From Lepidodermella squamata (lineage: Eukaryota; Animalia; Gastrotricha): DNA of 64,000 nt. The notes beneath the pieces were generated by a model. It was not told the DNA's origin. It made no database searches and saw only the letters and a program-made list of their open reading frames with translations. The stretch is taken from NCBI GenBank assembly GCA_047495785.1, contig JBLDXI010000015.1, positions 930,001-994,000 of the forward strand. Direction: 5' to 3'. Position numbers and translations under genes: made by a program. Positions 1 to 12,486 of the stretch are shown here, piece by piece; position 1 is the first letter of the stretch; every line of letters starts with the position of its first letter.

Positions 1-548
1 TTGGATCAATATCATAACGCTCGAATATCAAATTTGTCCTTCAAATAAAGCATCCTGCCGTCACGACGCAGTGAGATTTTCAACCCTAGTTTTTGGCATG
101 TCGAAAACGTGAATGCAAAACTGGTCAATAGACGTGACTGAAGTGTCTAAGTGCAGCGGAAACTTGCGGAGGCTTTGTCTGATATAGGATACGAAAAACA
201 TATATCAAGACAATTTTCATAGTTTCGAATTTATTGTGACGACAATAACAGCCAGTTTGAAGATAGGTATTACTCTGTGATATAAGCCAATTTTATTAAA
301 AGTATCCTAACCTTTTTTGTAGCTCCGAAGATTGATCCGGAGATTATGAGGCTCATGGGTTACGAATGGTCATAATAAGGATTTCAACCTGGGTCTGTTT
401 CGAACTTATTTATGGCTTCCGAACTTGAGAATCCTAATTGAAAATCCATCCTTAAGTTCGAACACGTTTTCTCAAAATAACTTGAGTAATAAGCCTACTC
501 CGCGACAAGTGACAAACATCTTATTAAAATCTTAGATTTTTTGAAAAA

Positions 549-3114
549 ATGAGGATCATCCTAATCCTGTACGCGATTCTACCAGTTCAACAATGCCAAG
601 TCAAAGTTCTGAAGAAAGACTTCACCCTCCTGGTTCCATTTATGTTACCATTGGGTGGGACAGTCAATCCTATGGGTCCTTTCGCGACTGAGACAGCTCA
701 GCTAGTCCTGGACACGATAAATGGCGGCAATCAAGTCCTACCTGGGTACAACTTGGTTCTGGATGTTGCCGACGATAAATGTACGGACAGTCCGGCTGTT
801 CGAGCAGCCGTCAACCTGTTCACCAACTACAAACCTATGCGAGACGTATCAACGACGAATTCCACCGAATTCGGCACATTCCAACCATTGAAACTGGACT
901 TTGTGAAAGAAACTGCGAAAATTGGCTACGTGCCACCGCTGTTTTTCGGCGGAATCTGCTCTGCAGCTTGCGTAGCAGCGGGTAAGTTTCCGCACCATTT
1001 TGGCTTCATCGACATGGTAACCGGTTGCAATGATCCGTCGATAGCTGATCGCAAGAAGTTTCCTAATGTCTACCGTTTCTTGCCATCCCTTGCTAGGGTT
1101 TCGGATATTCGAGGACAATTCTTCGATCTAATGAACTGGGACAAGGTGGCTATTGTTTCGGACGCAATTCAAGTCTCTTTTCTGGTAAAATTCCCCATGT
1201 GAATCTTTAGCTAATGATTTTCGCCTTTTTAGGACGCTTTTGGGATGATGAAAATGCTGCAGCAGCGGAATATTGAGATTGGAGCTCAGGAGTTCTTCTT
1301 CGATGATCCAACTGATGCCCTGTATCGGGTCAAAGCTTCCGATTCGCGAATCATCTTCGCAACTTGTTTTGTCAACGTTTGCCCAAAAATCGCTTGCACT
1401 GCCCTGAAAATCGGCCTTCACGGGCCGAAATACATCTGGGTATTCAGAACAGCCACCGATCTGCTCAGCCCTGCGTTACAACGACCGGATGGCTGTGACC
1501 AATCAATGACAGACCGATTTGCAGAGCGATCTCTGTACATTGGGGCTGATAACGAGGGGCTGTCCTTAGATCCCGAGAAAACAATCAGTCAGATTGGGAT
1601 AAGTATGAAGTACTACAACGATTACCTGGCTAGTAGAACTCAGGGTGTCCCGCGTAACGGGGCTTACTCGTGGCGATTTTTCGTGTTCGAAGCTGTGCAC
1701 AATGCTGCTAACATTCTTCACAACGTGGAGAAAGATCTGAACAAAAGCAAGTTACTTTTGTACCTAACTAACGTCAATAATGTTCTTTTCATTAGGAAAT
1801 GAGACATTAAGGGACCTAATTATGGACGCTTCGAGGCGGAACGAGCTCACGGAGCTAGTTAGGCTGAAAACTTTGAATATTGACGTCGAAGGCCTGAGCG
1901 GTCGAACAGCTTTCATGCCAAACACAACGGAGTCCACGACCCCTGTAATCATCGTCGATCAGGTTCAAAATGGTGTTAGAAAAACAGTTTGGTCCTATAA
2001 CAACTTGACCGCGCCAAGGTTGGTCGACCGTTTCCAAGTTAGAATTCCCCCGAAATGGGACACTTTCAACGGAAAACCGCCGCGAAGCAGGACCTTGGAC
2101 GTGCTGGTGCACCGAGAGGTCCCTAACTGGATCGTCATAATCAGTTACGTGATATCAATAGCTTTGATCATATCACTTATGGCTATGCATTACCGAGACC
2201 TAGGGAAGTTGGTTCGAGGATTGAAAGCAGGAAATCCATCTTTTCGTTCAGTTTCCTTTAAAATATCCGTTGTCGGCTGCATTCTACTTCAATCGACAGC
2301 TTTCACCTACCCGCACACTGCAACAATTTTTTCTATATCAGATTTCTGCGCCACAGCTCCGATCCTCACTCTTGTTGGTTTATTCATGATGACGTCATCC
2401 TTCGTAGGGATTCTGGCTCCAAAGCCCTCAGTTCCCAAGCCTACTGTGTATCATGGAGCGGCCAGGACTTCAGTTTTCATAGAATCTGCTAGACCTCAAC
2501 AAAAGGTGGATTTCCTACCAGCTAAGATGCTTTCCCTCTCTTTATTGATTGAGTCTATACTTCTCATCCTTTGGTACCGAATTGGTGGCGCACCAGATTT
2601 CAGCTTGTTTAAAGAATCTTCCGTTGATCCTGAAGATGATGACGTGATCTGGCGCAACGAATGGATAACTTGCAGTTTAAGTGAAGAATCTGCAACTTGG
2701 CTTATAGGCCCGCTAGGTTTCCAGGCAATAATTTTCGCCATGGGTATTTTTTTCGCCTTGAAGCGAAGTTTCGACAAGTCAAACCGCGATCCATTGATCA
2801 AAATCATTTCTGCAGCAGTTTACATCCTTCTTACGCTGAGCGTTTTGGCTATAATCGCGATTTTGGTGATAAGAAGCGGCCCGAGTGTTTTTGCCATAAC
2901 GACTTGCTACATCTATTGCTGTTCGCTGTTGATGATTGCGATGTTTTCGAGGAAAATCTCATTGATCTCGGCTGATTCTAAGCCTCACAGTGCTTCGGCT
3001 GCTCACACGAGAGCCAGGGAATTCAACCACAGAACATCTTTCGAACCAGCACCAGCGCAGAAGGGAAATAGCAGAGTGAATTCAACTGTGAACAGTAGCT
3101 TCCAAGCTTTCTAA
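549..3114 (+). CDS. Class C GPCR, GABA-B receptor-like (Venus-flytrap domain + 7TM); 3 exons 549-1184, 1233-1746, 1796-3114; ~822 aa
   Basis: Signal peptide and periplasmic-binding-fold signature (IN...VLPGYNL...DDKC; GGICSAAC; PSIADRKKFPNVYR; WDKVAIV; GLHGPKYIW). Seven hydrophobic segments in the last exon; no Cys-rich domain. A GT-AG intron (1185-1232) and a GC-AG intron (1747-1795) join the three ORFs in frame. Confidence 0.85.
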
Positions 3115-3510
3115 AAGTTATACCCTGAAACTTGCTTCATATGAGTAAATGATTGAGCTAATTTAAAGGTTGGTTTTGAACTTCAAAACAATCAACTTTT
3201 TGTTAGATAGAGGAATAGCTTGTTTCAAGTTTGAATTCAGCGACCTCGGAAGAGCCATGCTTTGTTAGAGTGGATTTCGTTCGATGATTCCACTGTGGTA
3301 ATTATTTTTAGATCCTCAGTGGGCTATGTGGTGCCCTTTTTAATTTCAGGTTAAATGAGGTTAAATCTTATTTTTATGTACCAGTAAAATGAATGATCAC
3401 TTGCCTACAACAATTTGAACTGCTAATTTTCAAATTTTCTTTGCGCACGCGCCCAGACAGACTATACTTTTTTGGCCAACTCATTTTTCACAAAACAATT
3501 TAAAAAAAAC

Positions 3511-5748
3511 ATGAAATATTTGCTGTTTACTACACTATTAGTTTCACTGAGCCATGCGGTTTCAGCGCAGTTAGGAGCCTGTGCTAGTTCGGTGAGTAAG
3601 CAACTCGATTTTAAAAGATGGTGCCAAGCCCCGACTGGGCGCCGATATCTCCCCGCAATTCCTAGCGAAAACAATGATGTTTACATCGACTTTGGAACTG
3701 CTGATTGCTCGGCCGTTAAATGCGAAGCTGATAAAGAGTTCGACCTTGGAATCTGCGACTGCCGCTGTACCAAGACCCCGTCAGATGCTGGCCAGCGTTG
3801 CTTCGGTAATCGCGCGGAAAGCGTGAAATCATTGGATTACTACTATGAAGTTAGCGCCAGGAACTGCTTCACCCAGGTCAATTGTTCGACCGGGCTACAG
3901 TTCAATTCTCGAACTTGCACCTGCGAGTGCTTCCCGAAATACGTCGACAAAGCCACGTTTTGCCGGAACAAATCAGGTGCTTACTTCTACAGAGCTGCAG
4001 ATGGCACAAGATTCTACTACCCGGCTTCTGAAAACGGCTGTGTGGTACCTGGGTCTGGAAAATCCTGTGATTCGGGGACCTTTGACACAACAGCTTGCGA
4101 GTGCCGTTGCGCTGGTGATTTGGTGCCGTTCGATTCAAACGAGATGTTAACTGCGTCGTCTACAGCCTGTCAAGATCTTGGCAAGTATCGGTTATCAGCG
4201 AGCGATGATTACGTGTATTACGAGTTCAAAGAACTGGGCTGTTTCTACCGGAGGCAATGCGAAAAGCCTGGCTATGTGTTCGATCACAAGATTTGCGCTT
4301 GCTCTTGCCCGGCTCCGATTAACCCAGCTGAGCAGACCTGCACTGGCCCGGATCTAGAAAAGCGAACTGCTCATAGTCTACCGGGGAGGTACTATCTCGT
4401 GCAAGGTGATTGTAAAGTCGCGAAGCGATGCCCAGATGGAAGCATATTCGACGTCAACAAGTGTTCTTGCGTGAGTTGATTTGAATACAATTTTAATATC
4501 GGTATTGAATTGATTAAACTGCAAAAACATTACTTAAACATGCCGATAAATTTACCTTGGGCTTATTTTGAACGAATTTAAGAGATGTGCTCCTAAATTC
4601 CTAATCAAGTCCCTATATAATTTTGTCTCTTGAAATCACTGAAAATTCTTGTTTAACCGCCATTCCTTTTTCTATCTTCAAAAAAGTATAAATGAAATTA
4701 CTCGAAATTCCAAACTCTCTGAACCATAAACCCCCAATCTCGATTGATCATTTAGGAGGAAGAAAACATTTAGCTTTTAGATTACAATCACGCTTAATTT
4801 GATTTCGCATTTTTTAAGGTTGGACCAGAAGGCTGTGTTGCAGCTAAAGACTGGTCGTGCCAGCAAGGTGATTTGAACCCTACAACATGCGATTGCAGAT
4901 GCCCAGACGGCTGGAGCACAGGCGCCGTTCAAGACATTATCGCAGTAGTTAACTGCGGCGGAAAGTTCTACGCTACAAGAAAGTCCCCTCTTCCTTCAAA
5001 CTCCTACTACGAGCTGCAACCTAACAAATGCTACGCCCCTCGGAACTGCCCGAATCCGAAGCACATCTTCGATTTCAATCTGTGCAAATGCGTTTGCCCG
5101 AACGAATGCGATAGCAGCCAAGAGCGAAACGAAGAGACGTGTGAGTGTAGCTGCAAACCGCCGAACAGTCGACCGGATATTCCGTTCAACTCGACCGAAA
5201 AATGTTTGTCACCAATCGATGGTAGCACTCGATATCCGATCGCTGATTCCTCGAGGGATTATTTTGAAATAAACCAACTGGGATGTGTTGTTAGAAAGAA
5301 GTGCTCGGGAACGTTTTACGGCGGTGATATTTGCGACTGCAAGTGTCCAGCTGGTCTAGTTCCAGAATCTAAAGTTGACATTCGATTCAGATCTAACAAC
5401 CCCAAGTTTTGTGACGGCCTCTACACTTACCGATCGCTGAATGATGGTCAAATTTACTACATTTATCGCGCAGATGACTGCTTTGAGGAGGTCAAGTGTC
5501 CCAACAATTTGTCCTACGACGGCACGGAATGTGGCTGTACGTGCTCGCCGAACATCGCTCAGTTCTCAACTGAGAAGATGAAGCCAAAGAATTGGTGCAG
5601 GAAAGCGCTTGATCGATATGGGGATAGGACGATTTACTACGATTACGATCGTGGCTGTGGCGTTTGGAAACGGTGTGAAGTCGTTGGAAGTGAGCAGCAA
5701 GTCTTCTACCCCGGAGCCACTTGTCGATGCGGGTTTCGTTCGCCGTAA
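3511..5748 (+). CDS. Secreted Cys-rich repeat protein 1 (CxCxC / chitin-binding-type-2-like repeats); exons 3511-4470, 4819-5748; ~629 aa
   Basis: Signal peptide MKYLLFTTLLVSLSHAVSA; about 10 repeats of RY-x-YY(E)-x-GC-x-C-x-F[DN]-x3-CxCxC. Donor GTGAGT at 4471 and acceptor TTTTAAG at 4818 are both phase 0. Confidence 0.75.
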
Positions 5749-6134
5749 TGATCCTGTTCTCCAAAAAACCCTGGACAGACTTATTTATTGAACCCAGCAA
5801 AATTATTGATATTATTATTTTGAACGTTCTTCATCATCGCTATTTAATTTAGGTCACACCAAATAAACATAGAGCAATATGAGTCATAATTTGCACTTTT
5901 GGATCAAAGCAAACTCCTCTCCAGGCTACCAGGACTTTTGATAATTGAAAAGCTGCTCAATGATAATTTTCCGTGTCATGAAGTATTTATTTCCCCGTCC
6001 TCTCGAATATTTCGTTACAAGTGAACAGAACTTTCAATGTGACACCAAAATCTCGATCGCGTGCTTTACCGCGTTCTGTTTGTTTAAGTGTTTTCAATTT
6101 TTATTGCGAATTATCATCCATATTTCAAAGAAAA

Positions 6135-7386
6135 ATGAAGTGCTTTAAATTCCATGCGATAATTTTATTTTCATGCCTCATCGGCGCAACAAACGCCGCT
6201 GGATGGATTCGATGCTTCTCGGCTCATGATGCTCGCTTCATTAGATGCGTCGACCAGACAACTGGCTGCAATCAGCTAAGTGAATTTCAAGGAAAAATAC
6301 TTTAACCCGCAGCAAATTCATACTCTTTTCCGCAGCAAATTTCTTTATTTTCTTTCCAGCATCTCCAATTTTTCTCCAAATCTTGGGATTCTCACTTATT
6401 CTGATCGAGGAGGATTAGGGCTGTCGAAAAAGCCCTAACTCATTAATAAAAGATTGACTAATTTGGGGATATGATGGAAAGTCCGAAGTCATCATACTTT
6501 TGTCTCACAAATCACACTATTGGTGAAACTTGAAAAGGGTTCGTTTGGCAACATTAGTGCCAATCGATAGCCCTCGAACCCCGCTATCAACTGGCGTCGT
6601 GAATAGCTTCTTATCAAACGTAACCTGGCGTCCTTGATTGAATAAATGGAAATTTGCTGCGGAAAAGAGTGAAAATTTGCTGCGGCCAAAAGTACCGTCC
6701 ATTTCAAGTAAAAGCAATACCGATATCACATATAATGCCTCATAATCATAAACCGCCTATTATTTCTAGACAGGCAAATTATTCTTCAATCAATCGATCT
6801 GCGAGAGAGGGGTTTTCTATTATTTTCTTTCGCTGAATTTCGCCGAATTTTGGTGTTCAATAAGGTGGGACGTATGTGTTACAAATATCTAGCGCTGACG
6901 CCTGTCTGCCGTCCAGCTGGAATTCCGTGTCAAGCAAATTTCTCTCAAAAATGATTTAATTTTTATAGAATGCTGTGAAATGCAGCACTGCTGCCGGAAA
7001 TATTTGCGGAAACTTTTGCCCAGCTGGTTCACCGCAGGTTTTATGATCCAGGAGAATTCTAGCAGGGATAAGCATTTTAATTTTACAGATAGAAATCATT
7101 TCTGACCAACCGGAGTTTGCGTCGAATTACGAATATTGCTCTGTGGTAGCGGTAAGCACTAATACTTAATATTAATACTTATACCTTATGTAAATTCATT
7201 TTCCAGTGCAAAGCGCCGAATATACCGTTAGTTGGCAGGTGCCAAACGTCAGCGGGAAAAACTCGGTACATGACGGCTGCTGGAAACACTTATTTCGAAA
7301 CTGACAACCAAGGCTGTCCGATCGAACCGGCGTCTGTCTGCGCTACTGGTCGTCTGACTGCTGCCAATGGCTGCGAGTGCAGATGA
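6135..7386 (+). pseudogene. Cys-rich gene 2 (4-Cys modules plus one terminal family repeat), probably disrupted by a MITE at the first splice donor
   Basis: Exon-like pieces match the 10387 gene exon by exon: 6135-6290 (signal peptide + WIRCFSAHDARF..), 6770-6811 (TGKLFFNQSICERG), 6865-~6933 (VGRMCYKYLALTPVCRP), 6969-7037, ~7089-7151, 7207-7386 (CKAP..TRY..YFE..GC..GCECR*). The first donor is displaced by the insertion at 6292-6700 and several exons appear lost. Confidence 0.65.
6292..6700. mobile_element. Non-autonomous TIR element (MITE), ~409 bp, 8-bp TSD ATTTCAAG
   Basis: Imperfect ~50-bp inverted repeats (tacttt..ccgcagcaaatt..actcttttccgcagcaaattt and its complement); ATTTCAAG at 6284-6291 and 6701-6708. 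Confidence 0.75.
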
Positions 7387-7669
7387 AACCGAAAATGAAC
7401 AGATATTCTAAGCTTCAAACATTAAATGAAACAATGATTCGCTCACGCTTACTTAGAATGCTTAAATCATTGCTTATTTACGTGACAAAATACAGATGCG
7501 GCTTCCTTTTTACATAAAGCCTCACTTGAGAAATTATTTTTGACCGGGTATCGCTCATCCTTCTTGATTATGATGTCTACCGTTTTTTGCAAAGATAAAT
7601 TGTGTAATCATTTGAAAAAAGTGTTGAAGTATGAGTTTACATTTTGCACCGGATTTTGTGACCCACTTC

Positions 7670-7687
7670 TATATATATATATATATA
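7670..7687. repeat. (TA)9 microsatellite
   Basis: Direct reading. Confidence 0.9.
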
Positions 7688-7738
7688 GTTTTGGCAAATA
7701 TCAGATAGAGTGACGGCAGGTGGCGGGTGATTCAAAAA

Positions 7739-7753
7739 CTGGTCGCGTGCCAC
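7739..7753. promoter_or_regulatory. Conserved motif CTGGTCGCGTGCCAC (orphan copy of the Cys-rich gene upstream block)
   Basis: Identical 15-mer at 8274-8288 and 17397-17411, partial at 17221-17231; flanking bases also similar. Confidence 0.55.
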
Positions 7754-8273
7754 GCCGTGTTTCATCTCGATAACTCTCACTACATTGAATACTCCATAAT
7801 TTTATGAATGGGGCGTGATATCGTTAAAGACAGTAGGTCACAATCATAGGTAAATAAATACAGCAGATCGCTAGCACATTCATGATTTATGTGTTGCCCT
7901 TACTAGTTAAACAAAGACGAGGAAAAATGCTCAAGATTGCCAGGTTGGATTCCAGTAAGCCAGGGTATAAGCGAGCGACGCGGGCTTTACCTAATGGTAT
8001 TTTACAGTAATTTTGGCGGAATTACGCCTAAAATACGTTGATTTTCGTGAAATGAGACATCTGGCCGTATTCCAGCAATGATTCAAGAAAAGCCTTCCGG
8101 CCGCTATGAAAGACCCCGCCGGCCGCGTGCGAAAATTCCAAGTCCTTACAATTACAATGTGACCCATGTAAACATGTAAATGATAAATTATTGGATAAAT
8201 TCGTAAATTCTGATGCGTATTGACTACATATATGTTATTCAAAACACTTTCAATAAATTGGGAGATTCAAAAC

Positions 8274-8288
8274 CTGGTCGCGTGCCAC
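8274..8288. promoter_or_regulatory. Conserved upstream motif CTGGTCGCGTGCCAC, ~80-90 bp before ATG 8366
   Basis: Same 15-mer at the same distance upstream of the paralogue at 17487; contains CACGCG on the minus strand. Confidence 0.6.
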
Positions 8289-8365
8289 AGTGTTCAGCTC
8301 GACAAATTTCACATTAGAGAAGACTCATGAATGAAGCTTTATAACATCGTAAAAAATAGCTAGAA

Positions 8366-9571
8366 ATGAACAGCTTCATCTTCATTTTTATCATCCCATT
8401 TCTGATTGGTTTTATCGAATCTAACACGCCCACTTGTGAATCTGAACTGTCTAAATCAGCCACTTTCAAAAAGTGGTGCCAAGACAACTCGAAAACGCGC
8501 TTTCCTCATGGTTCCAATCGACAGCTCTATTTTGAAGTTTCACAGCCATCTTGCTCGATATTGGAATGCGAGGGCGAGCAGTACTTTGATGCCGATACTT
8601 GCTCATGCCGCTGCGCCGGAACTCCAATCAAGGCCTGCACAGAAAATCAGATATATGTGAACGATGAGAGCCGGAACATCTGTGGATGTGTTTGCATGGA
8701 CCCTCCAGTGGAAGCAAAAGCATTATGTGGCACAGACCGCTATTCCCATTCGAAAGACAACACACTCTTTTTCCCGGTATGTACGAGATTATTTAAAATG
8801 TTATGAAAATGGGACCAACATTTTTTTTTATTCCACTAGATAGATTCCGACAATTGTGTATCGCAAGCGCCTACGAAATGCCCGCAAGGCGTGGTCACCG
8901 GCGGCCAATGCAGCTGTGCTTGTCCTGCGAATTCCCAGATTCAACCTACAGTCGACGTGGGAAAATCGTGCAGCGACGAAAAATTCTTCGTCTCTAAGAC
9001 TACTCCTGTGCCACGAAACAGCTATTTTGAGCTCGTCGTCAATAACTGCTACGAAACGCGATATTGTGAAAACCCGAACTTCGTTTACGATGTCAATTCC
9101 TGCACGTGCAAATGCCCGGACTGCCCTGTTAATCAAGTGAGAGATGACCCTGATGCGTGCACGTGCAAGTGCCGAGAGCCGACCAAATATTTTGTCAGCT
9201 CTATCAACTGCACCTCGTTCAATGGGAAGAAACGATTTGCGACTAATGACACCTATTACGATTATTTTGAGCTTGATTCAAACGGCTGCTTCGATTCGAG
9301 ATATCCCAACGGTGTGACATGCCCTCAAGGGACGCTTCAATTTACAGGCAATTGTCTGTGCACGTGTCCGGCTGGGACATTTCAAATCTCCCAAACTAAC
9401 GCTGATTTTTCTTATAATTCGAGAACCCGATGCGACCAAGTAAATTTGTATCCTGACCGTAGCAGCAACGACGTCTACTATCAAGTGACATATGAGGCGA
9501 ACAATTGCTATACTAAGGTTACTTGTCAGTCCGGGAAGACTTATAAAGTCGGCAACTGCTATTGTACCTGA
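8366..9571 (+). CDS. Secreted Cys-rich repeat protein 3; exons 8366-8776, 8840-9571; ~380 aa
   Basis: Signal peptide; family N-terminus C-x8-FKKWC; phase-0 intron 8777-8839 (GTATGT..CTAG) at the same position as in the 19126 gene. Confidence 0.85.
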
Positions 9572-10386
9572 AGTCTTTCCAAACGGCATGCCCTTTGTCT
9601 GCTCTGCTCATGTCCCCGAACTGATGCGTTAACAAGTTATCTTATATGACCTAGCTATGAGTTACTTTATTACGATAATAAAACAAGCTTTGGTCTCATA
9701 CATAATACATACCATTTTGATAGCGAGGATATGTATCCCAAGCAAGGCGGTCAAAGTCTGGGCTGAGAAAAATAACAGAACTCTCTTCTCCAAACTTCGT
9801 TAGCTGAATTTTCATTTTAATTTTTCTGATCAGTATGGAAAATTCTATGACGGAAAGCGTTCAGAACAGAAGCCACTCGGAGGGTGAAATCGAAGCAAGT
9901 CGGATCGGATCAGGGCTAATAAAGAGCCATGTTAGCTCGACGACAGCGAAATCTCGTTTCGTTGCTTTTTCTGTTATGTTTGTTCAAAGTTTGTTCAAGT
10001 TTGTTCACAGCTCAAAGTGGGAAACGGCCAGTGCAAAAATCTAATTTAGGTCATATAGTTCTACGTTCTACCAATAATTAGTTCAAGTGACGAACAGGCT
10101 TGACGAAAACTTAATGAACATTTTTGAAGCCGAGGTAACTGGATACCGGAATAAAGCACGTAGTTGGTTCGTTTTATCAAAATAAGTGGACAAATGAAAA
10201 CAACAAATTAGTTCAGCGTTTCATTTTGACAAATTTTAAATAGATCGCGACGTCAGCATGGGAGCTATCGCGTGACAGGTTTACGAATGAAGGCCACGTG
10301 CCAAAAAACCAGACACATTTTGACCTAAATTCTACTTTTCACGAACTTCATTTTATTTCATTTCATCTTTTTTAAAAATTAACAGC

Positions 10387-12358
10387 ATGCATTTTATTTT
10401 TATTTTCCTGACGGCTTTCGCCACTTGTGATGTCATCGATGCTTCTCGCTGGTTCCGCTGTTTCTCAGCTTTTGATGCCTCATTTGACAGTTGTACCGAC
10501 AACCCTAATGGCTGCGATGCTCTCACTATGTTCCAGGTAAACCGATTGGCTAGCATAATCAAACTAATCAAGCTAATATCTTCATTTTTTTAAATCATCA
10601 AGCGAGGGCCTTCATTTACAAATCGAAGCGCGTGTACGCATGGTGTAAGCAGTCGTTATTGACTTGAATTCAATTTAGCTGTTTGTTGCAGAACGCGCGA
10701 TTGTGCTACAAGTACATGGCTTTGACGCCTGTATGTCGACCGGGTCTTGAAATTTGCCTAAATGATGAAATTGAGGTAGTTCAATTTAGAAGTAGTGCTT
10801 TTCACTAATTTATCACCTATTTATGATTGTTTTTACTATATGAATTAGCTGAACGATTATCGAGGTTACCTCAAGATTCGACGCAACTTGGCTGAATGCG
10901 AAATTGATGCTGAAATTCTGCCGGTTCACTAATTTCAACTCTTTTTCTATTCAAACTGTTTTTTCCCATAATATAGAATTTCGAATTCAGGCGGTGTTTG
11001 AAAAACAGAGCACTTTTCACGTGTGTGCCTGCCGGTAAACCATGCCCGGATAATTCAGTGAGCAAATGCCCAATTTGTGAAAAATAATAAACATCATTTC
11101 CTCAACAGCTGCGTGGACGATTCGCGCGCAACCTCGACGTATGCCTGCAAGGAAGACGTAATTTTTTTAGGCATTTAGTCGCGTGATGATATTTTCAAAA
11201 TTTTCTTAGTACAAGTTCCCGAAGAGCAGACACCGCACATTCGGTGTTTCTCGCAGGAAAACAACGCCTTTACTGATTGCCGGCCCGAAATTTCTGGCTG
11301 CCATGGCGATGAAACATTCAATTTCTCAACTGGCGTTTTCAAAAACAAGAATCTCTGCCTTAGAGGGGTAATAACTACCATTCAGATTATTTTATCCTAA
11401 TTTATGTACACTAGAACGTTGTTCAATGTGACAAGCCCGATGGTAGAGCTTGCTACAACATTTGCCCAAGTGGATCGTCTCAGGTATTATTTAGCCAATC
11501 ATCGTGAATTGGATTTTCTTACTCATGCGAAATTCAGGTCAAAATATATTCAAACGCATCGACTTTCGCGTTGAATCATCAGCAATGCAGAAGTGACTTG
11601 GTGAGTTTGCAATGACTTGGCTGCTTACCAGAGATTTGCGAAAAGATTCGCTGCTTTTCTCATGAGTACTTTGATATTCGACGGATGAAAAGCAAGTTTT
11701 CGAGTGGATTCTTGTTAATCTTACTTTTTCTTTACAGTGCCCAGCTGGATCAGGAACCGAAGGTGACATTGACCGGTCGACGTCCTGCCAACAGAAGTAT
11801 TTCAACTCTCGGATAGCGACCGTCAACTACTACGAATTGACCGCCGATGGCTGTCTGGCCCCTAGAACGTGCTCGAGCCCCCTGCAGGTCTTCAATTTCC
11901 AAACCTGCGCATGCGGCTGCTCGACGACTTGCAACAACTACAATGAGTATCTCGTTCAGGCAAACTGTTCATGCGTGTGCGGCGCACAGCCAGCAAAATT
12001 CAGCAGTAGTTCCGCTAAGTGCACGAGTAAAGACGGGATAACCCGATACGTTTCAACTAAGGAAGAATCCACGTACTTCAAGGTGACCCGAAACAATTGC
12101 GTCTACTCGGATAAATGCCGAGTGGGCGTTTTGCAAACGGACAGCCGTTGTGACTGCGCGTGCCCGTCTGGCTCATCTGAGGAGTATAAATTCGGAAACG
12201 ATATCGGGCGAGATTACACTTTTTGCGACAATGTGCTTCACTTCGCATCGGCAAGCTCAGCGTACAATTACTACATAAGCAAGTTCAGTGGCTGCTATTC
12301 GCTGGAAGCTTGCGACCCAGGCCAGAAATATCATACTGGCGAATGTGGCTGCCGCTGA
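10387..12358 (+). CDS. Secreted mosaic Cys-rich protein 4: five 4-Cys modules plus CxCxC repeats; 10 exons (10387-10536, 10603-10644, 10692-10775, 10849-10923, 10977-11057, 11109-11157, 11210-11367, 11415-11483, 11538-11600, 11738-12358); ~463 aa
   Basis: All nine GT-AG introns are phase-compatible by hand splicing (eight phase 0, one phase 1), giving a stop-free 1392-nt CDS. Exons are paralogous to the 6135 gene. Confidence 0.75.
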
Positions 12359-12408
12359 GATTTGCTAGCCAGCTTTTGATTAACACTTTTTCGTTCTCAT
12401 TTTGTGTA
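11753..12408 (+). repeat. Near-identical direct duplication of 17733-18388 (offset 5980)
   Basis: I see one coding difference (12061 G vs 18041 A, synonymous) and a few in the 3' UTR. Confidence 0.95.
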
Positions 12409-12420
12409 ATTCTCGACGCA

Positions 12421-12486
12421 TGGGAAGATTGGAAAAGAAGTACCTGTTTTTTCCAATCTTCCCAATCATTTGGAAAAGAAGTACCC
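12421..12486. repeat. Perfect 16-bp inverted repeat with an overlapping 16-bp direct repeat
   Basis: TGGGAAGATTGGAAAA (12421-12436) / TTTTCCAATCTTCCCA (12449-12464); TTGGAAAAGAAGTACC occurs twice. Confidence 0.85.

Noticed and set aside
500-512. CCGCGACAAGTGA matching the Sola-like TIR
   Set aside because: Only 13 bp with no partner end or TSD; may be chance or a remnant.
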